From: an uncultured cyanobacterium
GTDB lineage: Bacteria; Cyanobacteriota; Cyanobacteriia; Cyanobacteriales; Nostocaceae
Direction: 5' to 3'
Length of the DNA stretch: 64,000 nt
NCBI GenBank assembly: GCA_963706595.1
Contig: OY970166.1
Coordinates: forward strand, 3,968,001 to 4,032,000
Positions within the stretch are counted from its first letter, which is position 1; the number at the start of each line of letters is the position of its first letter. Of this stretch, positions 25,826 through 36,476 are shown one piece after another. A program made the translations under genes and the position numbers. Under the pieces are notes generated by a model that saw only the letters and a list, made by a program, of their open reading frames with translations, had not been told where the DNA came from and made no database searches.

Positions 25826-26029
25826 CAACTGAGGACTGGTAAAGTATTAGCTATTTCTGTTTTGTCTTTTTCTTCTATAACTAATCACTAGGAAAAACTC
25901 AATTTTATGGGCTAGTACCATCTGCCAAAGTATATTTTCAACCTGAGATCAAATTAACTGTTTTGCGGAAATCTAATTTGGGCAGTTGTAGCTGTCAATA
26001 TTGCTAAATAATGCATGAGGAGACCACAA

Positions 26030-26677
26030 ATGATTGACAAGATTAACGGCTCAGACACTTTCAACGCCTTACCGTCTCAATTGGAATTAGAATTATTAGA
26101 GACGTTGCTAGTGCCAGAGGATGGGACTTATCCTTGGAATCCGGCTGATGATCAGTCTGAAGCTTATTTTAGCGAATTAGAACAACAATTTGCGATGCAG
26201 GATTGGCTAGATGAAGAACTGAATCCAAAATCGTCAGCTTTTTATGGCAAACTAGATAGCCTTTGGTCTGAGGTTGCAATTAACTCAAATTACAAATGTC
26301 AACCAAATCAGTCTGTTGTCGATCATCTGCAAGTGGCTTTAAATTCAGCTTTTGCTCATAGTGTACCCCCAGGATGGCTGAATGCGATCGCCCTGAAAGC
26401 GGCTGACATTTTTGCTTCTCAACAATCCATGAGTGATCAACTGGTGCAGTGTGTTCAATCTGTACTACCTGCTTGGGGCGTAGATGATCTGTTTGTTTTC
26501 ACTCGTCCCTTTGCCCATTCTATGCGTAGTAGCGAATCTCCAGAGGAGACCTCGATTATTAGTAAAGTGAAAAACCGAGATTGGATAACTTTATCGGAAA
26601 TTGAGCAGGCAAAGATTAGTGTAGCGATCGCTTACTATGCCTTTAAGCAATTAAACAGTTATCAGTCTGAAGACTAA
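26030..26677 (+). CDS. Conserved hypothetical protein, apparently PatU3-like
   Basis: Open frame with GAGGAGA RBS before ATG 26030; residue pattern resembles the PatU3 core as recalled (see findings). Confidence 0.6.
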   Translation: MIDKINGSDTFNALPSQLELELLETLLVPEDGTYPWNPADDQSEAYFSELEQQFAMQDWLDEELNPKSSAFYGKLDSLWSEVAINSNYKCQPNQSVVDHLQVALNSAFAHSVPPGWLNAIALKAADIFASQQSMSDQLVQCVQSVLPAWGVDDLFVFTRPFAHSMRSSESPEETSIISKVKNRDWITLSEIEQAKISVAIAYYAFKQLNSYQSED

Positions 26678-27021
26678 TCTTAGTTTTTGATTTAGACCGC
26701 AAATAGTTTACCTTACAGATGATACTCATTTTGTGAGTTGGAAATTTTTTATTCCCTTTTAGATATAGATAACCCAGAATAATCTCACCATAGAATGATT
26801 GCGAGATCAGCGTCATCTATCCCAAGACATACAACGAAATTTTCATCATCTGAATATTAATCATTTGGTCAAATTTTCTGTGAACTTCGGAGGAGGGGCT
26901 GGGCGTGGGGTATTAGAATGTGGCAAACATCACTAATTAACCGGATTTGAGATAAATCCTCCCACTTACCAGAATATTAATTTCCTTGTGTTCCTTCTCC
27001 CCTCTCAAGCAAGTCAGTTTC

Positions 27022-28389
27022 TTATTTGGGTCCGATAAAGCGGGTGGCGAAATTTTGCGATCGCGTTGGTGACAACACCCGTGCTTTCAGAATGGCTGCC
27101 ATCAAGAAGGCATAAGATAACACCCCAACCACCACCAAGAGCAAAGCATTGATAGATCCTGTCGCATTCCACAAAGCATGGAGTGCAGAGGCACTCAGAT
27201 AACCAATAGAGAGAATCTGCCAACTCATCCGGGGCTTAAGGACAGCTAACCCGATAAAATAGCCTAGATAGCCACTGTAAGCCATGTGTCCGGCTACAGA
27301 GCCTAAAATTCGCGGAATTAGCAGTTGAAACCCCGCCAATTGACCAGCCGCCCCTATTCCTACCTGTTGGGTAATTTGTGGCACATACTGCCCCAGAGTT
27401 TCCAACAGAGTGAAACCGATAGCCGAAGCTGTTCCCAGGAGAATGCCATCTAAGGGTTCCCAAATCCCGATGCGTTCCCGCCAAGGTGAAGGTAAGCCGC
27501 GACCGATTAAATATGCCCCGATTAACGGTAATGCCTTGAGTAATTCTTCCATCAACCCCGCACCAAAGAACATTCTTACCAGCAATTCTGTAAAGGTGAT
27601 CGGCTCTTGAGGTGAAGGTAAGCTACCCGGTAAGATGACGCGAAACACAAAGATAAATACATCCAACAGGGGACTCAGCAAAATCAACGTTGTACTTAAT
27701 GCTGCGCCCATTAGCACCCACCAGGGCTTCTGTTTACCGCAAAGTTGGTAAACAAAATAGTAAGCAGCTGATGCTATGTAAGTTGCTACTATCACCTGAT
27801 TAGCTTGGGGATTACCGACAGTAGCAAACATCAACACTACAAAGATGACGGTGAGTATTCCCGGTATCAGGTAGGCTTTGCGAGTTAAATCCTTACCCGT
27901 GGAAATAATCGGAAACAGTTGGGTAAAACTCACCGAATCTGGTTGTTTTAAATGGGTATGTCCGTTATTTTTAGAAGCCGATGGTAGGGGTTTGACTTGT
28001 TTTGTCATCACCGTCGGCTGAGAGATCAAATCATACTCAAATATAAATTGCGGCCCATCAGAACCTAGAGAAATGCGATCGCCTGCGTGTAATTCCTGAC
28101 ATTCAGACAAGCATTTTCCGTTTAAAAAAGTACCATTTGCACTATTTAAATCACAAAGTACCCAGGTAAATTTGTGATCGGTCGGTGAAGAGAGGGGACG
28201 AACCACAGCATGACGGCGAGATACCATCCGATACATCATGGCATCTAAGACAACTTGGCAGGTGGGGTCGCGTCCAATTACTACCTCTTTACTGGTTAGC
28301 AGCGAGTAGCGAGATTCTGATCCAAAAGCTGCTACATTACCAGACACTAGCCGCAGAAATGCATTATGTCTTGTGTTTTTGCCTGTCAT
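27022..28389 (-). CDS. FHA domain + PrsW family intramembrane protease
   Basis: FHA (IGRD, VSRRHA, DLNSANGTFLNG); PrsW motifs EELLK, F...ET, GH and HALWN in a multi-TM C-terminal half. Confidence 0.9.
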   Translation of the reverse strand: MTGKNTRHNAFLRLVSGNVAAFGSESRYSLLTSKEVVIGRDPTCQVVLDAMMYRMVSRRHAVVRPLSSPTDHKFTWVLCDLNSANGTFLNGKCLSECQELHAGDRISLGSDGPQFIFEYDLISQPTVMTKQVKPLPSASKNNGHTHLKQPDSVSFTQLFPIISTGKDLTRKAYLIPGILTVIFVVLMFATVGNPQANQVIVATYIASAAYYFVYQLCGKQKPWWVLMGAALSTTLILLSPLLDVFIFVFRVILPGSLPSPQEPITFTELLVRMFFGAGLMEELLKALPLIGAYLIGRGLPSPWRERIGIWEPLDGILLGTASAIGFTLLETLGQYVPQITQQVGIGAAGQLAGFQLLIPRILGSVAGHMAYSGYLGYFIGLAVLKPRMSWQILSIGYLSASALHALWNATGSINALLLVVVGVLSYAFLMAAILKARVLSPTRSQNFATRFIGPK

Positions 28390-28826
28390 CTAGTTAGAGT
28401 GTCTTTCCAAACAAATTTATGAAAAATACTTTGGCATTAGGATTTAACCTGAGCCACGCCAACAGCAGCATTGCTAACTACACTATAGCTTTACTTACTG
28501 CGAAGAAACTTTAAATTTGCTGATTTAAAATTTAAAATTGCCTAACTCATTAATGACAAGCATTCTAGCGAAGAAAAATATTTTCTGTGCTTTATTTGTC
28601 AAATTTATTAGTTAGATTCTATGGATGATATAGTAAAAGCAATTACATACACAACCAATTATTAAATATTAGTAGTATACACCACATTTAGTTGAGTTGA
28701 AAGGTTATAAAATTGTTAATTATCCCCTATGAGTTCTTGTTGACTACAAATATTTTCTGATTTTTAGACAAAGTTTTGTAGAGGCACAGCACTAAAAATA
28801 GTTTAGTTCATCTGTGGGACTGTCTA

Positions 28827-29130
28827 AGAGGATGAATCACAAGTCTTATTTTGGTAGCAAAATATTGTAGATCCCCCTAAATCCACGCCAGTTGCTCATG
28901 GGGGAAACCCCCAAGACCGCACTGGCTCCCCTTAAGAAGGGGGACTTTGATTGCTGTCTCCCTCTTTTTAAGGGGGGCTAGGGGGGATCTACAAGTGCCT
29001 AAAATCACAGCCAACCACTTTTTAAACATCCTCTCAGGGACTTCCAAATAAAAAAACACTCAACCACCTAACGTAAAAAATATCTCAAACCCTGATTCCT
29101 CTGTGTCCTCTGCGCCTCTGCGGTTTGTTA
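28827..29130. mobile_element. Nested pile of MITE-like and short dispersed repeats
   Basis: AGAGGATG...CATCCTCT ends (28827-29034) enclose an AGATCCCCCTA...TAGGGGGGATCT hairpin element that itself holds an insert at 28885-28928; from 29037 a copy of the 57778 MITE left end follows. Confidence 0.6.
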
Positions 29131-29185
29131 ATAAACTGTAACTCTGACTACAGATTCTAATTTTCTGTGCATCAAGACAATTTCT

Positions 29186-29641
29186 TTATTCCACCAGATT
29201 AAATTCTGCCATAGCTCTAGAAAAGTTTTTATTTTCATGTCCTGGACGACTGAGTTTAATCAAAGCAAAGCGCTGTAAGGGTGTTAAACTTGCCCATTGT
29301 GACAATGTGAGGCTAGTAGCCATTTCTTGAGCTTTTTCCTGGATACTAGCTGGGACAATACCAGCATCCATCCATAACGGATCAGCGTCAATGGGTATCT
29401 TTGCTGCTGGATTTCCCGTGTGTTCTAAAATGATTTGTTGGAGATAGTCTTGGTAAGCTTCAATTTCTGTTGCCGTCCTACAAGGTAATTGTACTAAAGC
29501 TGCACGCTCATCTTCAGTCATTTGATGCCAATGAGATAATTTCAGCTTGATACCAGATGTATCTAGCTTATAACGCACCTGCATGGGTATACAACGCAGG
29601 GAATCTACAAAATCCGCTTCAAATTCAAAGAAATCTGCCAT
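29186..29641 (-). CDS. narM: Nitrate reductase-associated (maturation) protein
   Basis: FEFEADFVDSLRCIPM.VRYKLD.SGIKLKL; LQRFALIKLSRPGHENKN. Confidence 0.93.
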   Translation of the reverse strand: MADFFEFEADFVDSLRCIPMQVRYKLDTSGIKLKLSHWHQMTEDERAALVQLPCRTATEIEAYQDYLQQIILEHTGNPAAKIPIDADPLWMDAGIVPASIQEKAQEMATSLTLSQWASLTPLQRFALIKLSRPGHENKNFSRAMAEFNLVE

Positions 29642-29794
29642 AATTTTAGAAGCTTGAATAAAATTGAGGTTCGCTCATTGTGCCGTGGGCATGGAAAACA
29701 TGACTCCACGAATGGGAGTTGGTTTTCTAGCTCAGTCTAATCAATTAGTGGTTGGAGGCGTTGCGATCGCCTTTTTTTAGTAGAGTTGTAAATC

Positions 29795-30050
29795 AGTTTT
29801 GCGTCAACCAGTAGGTGTTTTTTTGAACATTGAAAATTTTGCGTCTGTAATCCTTACCTCATCTGCCTTTGAACTCTCTCACACCTAAATTGAGGTTGAC
29901 GCAAACCTTCAAAGCCTTGATATCAAAGCTTTTGAGCTATTTATCCAAATGTGTTTCTTGACAAACCAATTCCTGAAAAGCTATATTCGTTTTAGGTTGA
30001 CGGAACAGAACCTTGAAAACTAAATATATCAATGCTTCCAGATGCGGGCG
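29795..30050 (+). promoter_or_regulatory. CRISPR leader with sigma70-type promoter
   Basis: TTGACA (29958-29963) -18 nt- TATATT (29982-29987); inverted GCGTCAACC / GGTTGACGC pair near 29801 and 29894. Confidence 0.7.
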
Positions 30051-31674
30051 GTAACAATTACCAATAATCCCTATCAGGGATTGAAACGGCTAGATTAGCC
30101 TCAAAGACATTTTTAGCACAAGTAACAATTACCAATAATCCCTATCAGGGATTGAAACAGCCTATGAAGAATATACCGGTTTAGATGACTGGGTAACAAT
30201 TACCAATAATCCCTATCAGGGATTGAAACAACCCTGATGCACAGCCGCCCTAACAAGATTTGGTAACAATTACCAATAATCCCTATCAGGGATTGAAACT
30301 TTTGAGGAACAATAGTAATCCGTATGGCTGGGTTAGTAACAATTACCAATAATCCCTATCAGGGATTGAAACCATCTACAAGGGAACCGTAAATCTTACG
30401 CAGTACATCAGTAACAATTACCAATAATCCCTATCAGGGATTGAAACACTTGAAACAAGTAACACAAAACAAGTCACACCCCTGTAACAATTACCAATAA
30501 TCCCTATCAGGGATTGAAACAGGTTGCTCTAAATTGAAAACTTTTACTTTCATCCGTAACAATTACCAATAATCCCTATCAGGGATTGAAACCAGGAATT
30601 GACTGAGACAAACCAGAGACAGATTCAGGTAACAATTACCAATAATCCCTATCAGGGATTGAAACGCAGCACCACTAGCTAGTCGCGTTGCACCCGTTCC
30701 AGTAACAATTACCAATAATCCCTATCAGGGATTGAAACGATGCAGGGAAGGGAATAACTTTCTCTAAGGGTAACAATTACCAATAATCCCTATCAGGGAT
30801 TGAAACAAAACCTGTATGATCATAATCTTCACCAGTCCAGGCTCGTAACAATTACCAATAATCCCTATCAGGGATTGAAACTTTATAGAATTTAATGTTT
30901 GCTCCAATAGGTTAATTTCGGTAACAATTACCAATAATCCCTATCAGGGATTGAAACTGGCAATATTTAGCTATTATTGCGGGAATTAAATTTGTAACAA
31001 TTACCAATAATCCCTATCAGGGATTGAAACTTGATGTTTGGGTGTATCCTTCGGCATTTGATGAAGTAACAATTACCAATAATCCCTATCAGGGATTGAA
31101 ACAGAACAAAAATCTTGAGATTCAGAATAAAACTCTGGTAACAATTACCAATAATCCCTATCAGGGATTGAAACAAGGTAGTAGCTTCAACTGCTGCAAG
31201 AACATCAGGTAACAATTACCAATAATCCCTATCAGGGATTGAAACTCAAACCAGATTTGATTTTGTTCGCAGATACTGGTAACAATTACCAATAATCCCT
31301 ATCAGGGATTGAAACATACTGTATTTATGGATGTTACTATATAGAAAGTGTAACAATTACCAATAATCCCTATCAGGGATTGAAACTGCACAAATCTGCT
31401 ACCAACTTGCTTAGTAAATGGGGTAACAATTACCAATAATCCCTATCAGGGATTGAAACAAGCTCATATTGGTAGACTTACCCGTACACGGATGAGTAAC
31501 AATTACCAATAATCCCTATCAGGGATTGAAACGCGGTACTCAAATTCTTTGATTATTTGACAACCAAGTAACAATTACCAATAATCCCTATCAGGGATTG
31601 AAACTGATTGAAATGACTGCCCTGGTATTGATGTTTGGTAACAATTACCAATAATCCCTATCAGGGATTGAAAC
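30051..31674 (+). CRISPR. CRISPR array: 23 identical 37-bp repeats, 22 spacers of 31-39 bp; no cas genes in window; repeat resembles Nostocales type I-D repeats
   Basis: Repeat GTAACAATTACCAATAATCCCTATCAGGGATTGAAAC with AATCCCT/AGGGATT hairpin and 3' ATTGAAAC handle; counted by hand. Confidence 0.98.
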
Positions 31675-31838
31675 TCTTTCTAAAAATATGCTTTCAAAAG
31701 TTGCTAAATCTATAAAAAATTCATCAATTTATCAATATTTAAAAATGATAAATGAATAAATTAGGAAGAAAAAGATCCCCGACTAATTCAAGAAGCCTGG
31801 GATATGTGTGTCTCGGTATTTGTAAATATAATTGCTAT

Positions 31839-32291
31839 TTAATGTCTGATATTGCTGCTACGAATAATCCAATAACTAATCGATAGAGCTAAAACGGCAA
31901 CTCCTAAACCAATGATATCAACACCTGTGACTTTTCCTAAATCCAGAATGATGATTTTACGCGCAACTGCAATTAAGGAAGTAACAATAACTAACTCAAC
32001 TTGAACAACGTGTTTGCGAAGATAAGCTGTGATATTTTCTAATATTTCTAAAGCAATTAAAACGTTTAAAAATAATCCAAAAATTGTAAATAAAATTTGA
32101 TTAAATTCGCCATATTTACTAGTAAATAGTTCATTAATTAGGTAAATTACTAAATCAAAAATTGCGACTATAATTACCACTACCATTGCTAGTGACAATA
32201 CCTTGGAGACAAGCACCTCAAACTTTTCTATCAGGTGCATAAAATTATCGTCCCTAGCAAGATTCCCAATCTTTCTGAATAGATGCCTCAT
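31839..32291 (-). CDS. PsiE family membrane protein
   Basis: Four TM helices; LIALEILENIT.YL and IAVARKIIILD. Confidence 0.88.
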   Translation of the reverse strand: MRHLFRKIGNLARDDNFMHLIEKFEVLVSKVLSLAMVVVIIVAIFDLVIYLINELFTSKYGEFNQILFTIFGLFLNVLIALEILENITAYLRKHVVQVELVIVTSLIAVARKIIILDLGKVTGVDIIGLGVAVLALSISYWIIRSSNIRH

Positions 32292-32565
32292 TTGCTATAA
32301 TTTAAGAGATTCAAAATAATCTTAATTCTTTGGTGTCAAATATAAATATAAATATGGAATAATCACTAATGCAATCAGCGTAGAGGCACATAATTCTCCC
32401 TGGCGAACTCAGCTATTTTATACAGTTTAGCGGTTTAAAGTCAATCAAAGTCAATTTTTATAGCTCAAAAAAGCCCACAGACTCGAATCCTGGGGCTATA
32501 AAACTCGTAATTCGCAATTGAGTAAGTCAGTTGTGTATCTGCCGCATTCGTGTTTCAAATTGGTC

Positions 32566-34770
32566 TCACTGATGCGATCGCATTTCTAAAAATGTGAACC
32601 TTGCAGGTAACTCTGCATTGACTGGGGTTAGTTGTACAGCACAAGCTTTTAATTCTGGTTGGAGTGAATCTGGGCAAGATTCAGGATGGGTGAGGGTGTT
32701 GGCTTCGGCATCATCTGCCCATAAAGCCCCCCAGTGCATGGGGATAAATACTGTCCCAGGTGCGATCGCTTTCGTAATTTTAGCAGGAAATTTGGTTTTA
32801 CCCCGACGCGATCGCACTTCCACTATTTGATTTTCTGTAATATTTAACCTAGCAGCATCACGGGGATGAATCTCAATAAACGGTTCTGGGTGCATTTTGC
32901 GGATTTTTTCAATGTGTCCCGTGCGCGTTTGCGTGTGCCAATGCCCATAAAGTCGCCCAGTTGTCAAGACAAAAGGATAATTAGAATCTGGTGGTTCTGC
33001 TAAACCCTTAGAATAATATGCGCCAAAACGCGCCCTTCCGTCTGGGGTGCGGAAACGTAAATCTGTGTAAAGACGTTTATATTCCCCACTCCCCACTCCC
33101 CACTCCCCACTCCCCTTATTTGGATGAGGCCATTGAGTCGGTCCGTTGATTTGTAATTGTTCGTGACTAATACCAGTCATATCGCAGAGGCGATCGCCTG
33201 TCAATTGCACAAACTCCGCATAAACTTGAGATGAGTTAGCAAAGGTAAATTCTTTCTCAAAACCCAATCTGCGCCCCACCTCGGCGAAAATTTCCCAATC
33301 GGCTTTGGCTTCTCTGGGCGGTTGGCGGAAGGCTTGACACAAAGTCACCGTTCTTTCCGAATTAGTCATCACGCCAGTTTTTTCACCCCACTGGGCGGCG
33401 GGTAAAAGAATGTGAGCGTAAGCAGAGGTTTCTGTGGGATAATACGCATCTTGGTAGATTGTTAAAGGCGATCGCCATAAAGCCTTTTTAGTTCTTTCTA
33501 AATCTGGCATACTCACAGCCGGATTAGTCGCCGCAATCCACAGTAAACCCACAGCGTCATTTTCCAAACCAGTAATCATATCCCAAGCAGTTAAACCCGG
33601 AGTAGGTGAAATTTGCCCAGGTTCTAAACCCCAAAACTGCTCAACTTCCGCACGATGTTGGGGATTTTTTACCAAACGATAACCGGGTAACAAATGCGCC
33701 AAACCCCCAGCTTCCCGTCCTCCCATCGCATTCGGCTGACCCGTCAGGGAAAAAGGTCCCGCCCCTGGCTTACCAACTTGTCCAGTCATCAAATGCAGAT
33801 TAATGATAGTTCTGACCTTGGCTGTACCTTCACTGGATTGATTGACACCCATTGACCACAGAGAAAGCACCCGTTGAGATTCCCCCCAGTACCGGGCTGC
33901 GGTTTCTAAATCTTCAATACTGATACCACATTGACGCGCCGCAACGTCTGGGGTGTAATGACGAATCACCTCAGCATATTCCGAAAAATTGCTCGTACAA
34001 TCATCAATAAAACCGATATCAATATAATTCCAACGCATCAATAAATGAGCCATCCCATTCATCAAATCAATATCTGTACCCGGACGAATAGCTAAATGTA
34101 AATCAGCAGCTTCAGCCGTTGGTGTCCGCCGAGGATCGACCACAATCATTTTGACGTGGCGATTTTTTTTATGATGTTTTACCAACCTGTTAAAAACGAT
34201 GGGGTGACATTCCGCCGTATTCGTACCAATTAAAAATGCACAATCAGTTAAATCTAAATCTTCATAACAACAAGGTGGTCCATCTGAGCCAAAACTTTGA
34301 ATATATCCAGACACAGCACTAGACATACATAAACGCGAATTGGCATCAAAATTATTAGTACCCAGACATCCTTTAAGAAGTTTCTGAGCTATATAATAGT
34401 CTTCAGTTTGAAACTGACCAGAACCATACATACAAATAGCTTCAGAACCCTGAGTGCTGCGAATTGTTTGGATACGTTGCGTAATAATATTAAAAACTTC
34501 ATCCCAACTAACCCGGCGAAACTCCTGATTTAAAGAGTCTCGCATCATTGGGTAATGTAATCTACTTTTATCTAAAGATTCAGCAATGGTTGCACCCTTA
34601 ACACAAACCATGCCTTTACTTGACGGATGAGATTTATCACCCCGTACCCGCCAAATTGGATTTCCCTGACTATCTCGATTAGTTGCTTTTGCCAATTGCG
34701 CCGGGGGTGAAACTTCCAGTCCACAACCCACACCGCAGTAAGGACAAAGAGTTTTAGTAAATTCAGTCAT
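32566..34770 (-). CDS. narB: Ferredoxin-nitrate reductase
   Basis: CPYCGVGC...CVKG 4Fe-4S motif, [36 protein letters not shown]. Confidence 0.97.
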   Translation of the reverse strand: MTEFTKTLCPYCGVGCGLEVSPPAQLAKATNRDSQGNPIWRVRGDKSHPSSKGMVCVKGATIAESLDKSRLHYPMMRDSLNQEFRRVSWDEVFNIITQRIQTIRSTQGSEAICMYGSGQFQTEDYYIAQKLLKGCLGTNNFDANSRLCMSSAVSGYIQSFGSDGPPCCYEDLDLTDCAFLIGTNTAECHPIVFNRLVKHHKKNRHVKMIVVDPRRTPTAEAADLHLAIRPGTDIDLMNGMAHLLMRWNYIDIGFIDDCTSNFSEYAEVIRHYTPDVAARQCGISIEDLETAARYWGESQRVLSLWSMGVNQSSEGTAKVRTIINLHLMTGQVGKPGAGPFSLTGQPNAMGGREAGGLAHLLPGYRLVKNPQHRAEVEQFWGLEPGQISPTPGLTAWDMITGLENDAVGLLWIAATNPAVSMPDLERTKKALWRSPLTIYQDAYYPTETSAYAHILLPAAQWGEKTGVMTNSERTVTLCQAFRQPPREAKADWEIFAEVGRRLGFEKEFTFANSSQVYAEFVQLTGDRLCDMTGISHEQLQINGPTQWPHPNKGSGEWGVGSGEYKRLYTDLRFRTPDGRARFGAYYSKGLAEPPDSNYPFVLTTGRLYGHWHTQTRTGHIEKIRKMHPEPFIEIHPRDAARLNITENQIVEVRSRRGKTKFPAKITKAIAPGTVFIPMHWGALWADDAEANTLTHPESCPDSLQPELKACAVQLTPVNAELPARFTFLEMRSHQ

Positions 34771-34829
34771 GGTAGATTGCTTTGAGTGGGAGTCGGAAAT
34801 GGGAAGAGAAGAATTTTCTTAATTAGTAC

Positions 34830-34921
34830 GGACTTACGCAAAAACTCTCTAAAACTCTTCCTTCTTTCTTTGCGTCCTTTGCGTCCTTTGCGGTTCGTTT
34901 TTCATGATTTTACGTAAGTCC
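34830..34921. mobile_element. MITE-like element
   Basis: Terminal inverted repeats GGACTTACGCAAAA / TTTTACGTAAGTCC around (CTTTGCGTC)n nonamers. Confidence 0.6.
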
Positions 34922-34941
34922 CTAAAGCCCAATGACTACTT

Positions 34942-36453
34942 TTAATCCTTAGTAAAAGCAGGGAACTCTTCTGCTGTCAGTTCTGGTTCATCACCCTCAT
35001 GGTGTTCAGCAAATGAACCTTGAGGTTCCTTCAGCAAAAAAGCACAAAGGAAAGTCACAACCAACGCACTCACACCCAGAGTCTGAAAAAAGATTTGATT
35101 CCCAACATCACCTGCTGGTAAAAAACTGTATAAAGTCAAGTAAGCCACAGCGCCAACATTGCCGTAAGCACCAACATTCCCAGCAATCTGTCCAGTAATT
35201 CGCCGCTTCACTAAAGGTACAATCGCATAAGTAGAACCTTCCCCAGCTTGGACAAAAAATGAACAAGTCATCGTCAGTAAAATTGCTATAGCTAACCACC
35301 AATTACCACTGACACCACTCATTACTAGATAAGCAATACCCATACCACCAGTCAGTATAGTCATTGTCCATTTACGACTCCCGACAGTATCTGAAACCCA
35401 ACCACCACCGGGACGTGCAACTAAATTCATGAATGCGTAACTAGCAGCAATCATCCCGGCTAATACTTTGCTGAGGCTGAAAGTTGATTCAAAAAATGCC
35501 GGTAGCATAGAAACAACTGCTAACTCTGAACCAAAGTTGACGAAATAAGTTAGTTCTAAAATTGCTACTTGCGAAAACTGATAACGGTCTTTAGCAGCAT
35601 ATTGTTTTTTACCTCTCATCAAGTCTTGGTTCACGTCCCAGCACTTATACGCTTGGAAGAGGTACAGACCAATTAACAAAAAGTAGACAATAAATAACTG
35701 TGTTGGAGAAAGTAAACCAATTTTAGAAATGCGCCAAGCTAATATGGCTAAAATGCCCACTAAGGGAATATTGGTTAACATCAATAGCCAAAAGCTTTTC
35801 TTGGTAGTAACTTCTATCCCACCGTGACGAGAGGGACGCTGATAAACTTTGCCAGAGGGAGTATCTTCAACATTGAAGAAATAGATCACTCCATAGATAG
35901 CAGCTATTATCCCAGTTAATGCGATCGCCAGTCGCCAGTTAAGTTGACCAACAGTGAAAAAAGCCGTCGCCGCCGCTAGTGAAGGTAAAGTAAAAGCCGC
36001 AGCTGCTGAACCAAAATTACCCCAACCACCATAAATTCCCTCTGCAATGCCAATTTCTTTGGGAGGGAACCATTCAGCAACCATGCGAATCCCAATTACA
36101 AACCCAGCACCGACTATACTTAGCGCCAAGCGACTGATTACCAACTGGCTGAAGTTTTGGGCTAAAGCAAAAGCCAAACAGGGAATAGCCGCATACATCA
36201 GCAAGATTGAATAAGTAATCCGTGGACCATACTTATCTAGAACCATACCAATAATAATCCGGGCTGGCACAGTCAGGGCTACGTTGCAGATAGCGATAGT
36301 TCTAACTTGTCCTTCACTTAAACTAAACGCTTCTTTAATAGCCGTTTGAAAAGGTGCAAAGTTAAACCAGACCACAAATGATAAAAAGAATGCAAACCAA
36401 GTCAGATGTAATATCCGGTAACGACCCTGTAATGAAAATAATCCTCTAAGCAT
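34942..36453 (-). CDS. nrtP: MFS nitrate/nitrite permease (NRT2/NarK type)
   Basis: LHLTWFAFFLSFVVWFN; AEGIYGGWGNFG nitrate signature; AGNVGAYGNVG. Confidence 0.93.
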   Translation of the reverse strand: MLRGLFSLQGRYRILHLTWFAFFLSFVVWFNFAPFQTAIKEAFSLSEGQVRTIAICNVALTVPARIIIGMVLDKYGPRITYSILLMYAAIPCLAFALAQNFSQLVISRLALSIVGAGFVIGIRMVAEWFPPKEIGIAEGIYGGWGNFGSAAAAFTLPSLAAATAFFTVGQLNWRLAIALTGIIAAIYGVIYFFNVEDTPSGKVYQRPSRHGGIEVTTKKSFWLLMLTNIPLVGILAILAWRISKIGLLSPTQLFIVYFLLIGLYLFQAYKCWDVNQDLMRGKKQYAAKDRYQFSQVAILELTYFVNFGSELAVVSMLPAFFESTFSLSKVLAGMIAASYAFMNLVARPGGGWVSDTVGSRKWTMTILTGGMGIAYLVMSGVSGNWWLAIAILLTMTCSFFVQAGEGSTYAIVPLVKRRITGQIAGNVGAYGNVGAVAYLTLYSFLPAGDVGNQIFFQTLGVSALVVTFLCAFLLKEPQGSFAEHHEGDEPELTAEEFPAFTKD

Positions 36454-36476
36454 TCAATATTCCCTTATTAAATTCC

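Noticed and set aside
28877..29059. 60-aa ORF
   Set aside because: Lies wholly within the nested repeat elements
30967..31215. ORFs 30967-31215 (-) and 31024-31212 (+)
   Set aside because: Translations of CRISPR repeats and spacers (recurring FQSLIGIIGNCY / VTITNNPYQGLK), not genes
31460..31495. Spacer 20 partly resembles 48481-48512 (AAGCT.ATATT...GGTAGAC.TAC.CGT), hinting at self-targeting
   Set aside because: Needs a 6-nt gap plus mismatches and the 3' end does not match; most likely chance
24260..31674. CHAT protease near the CRISPR array read as a Craspase/type III-E-like locus
   Set aside because: No Cas7-11, Cas10 or other cas gene; about 4 kb and narM intervene; the repeat looks like an ordinary I-D type; proximity is probably coincidental
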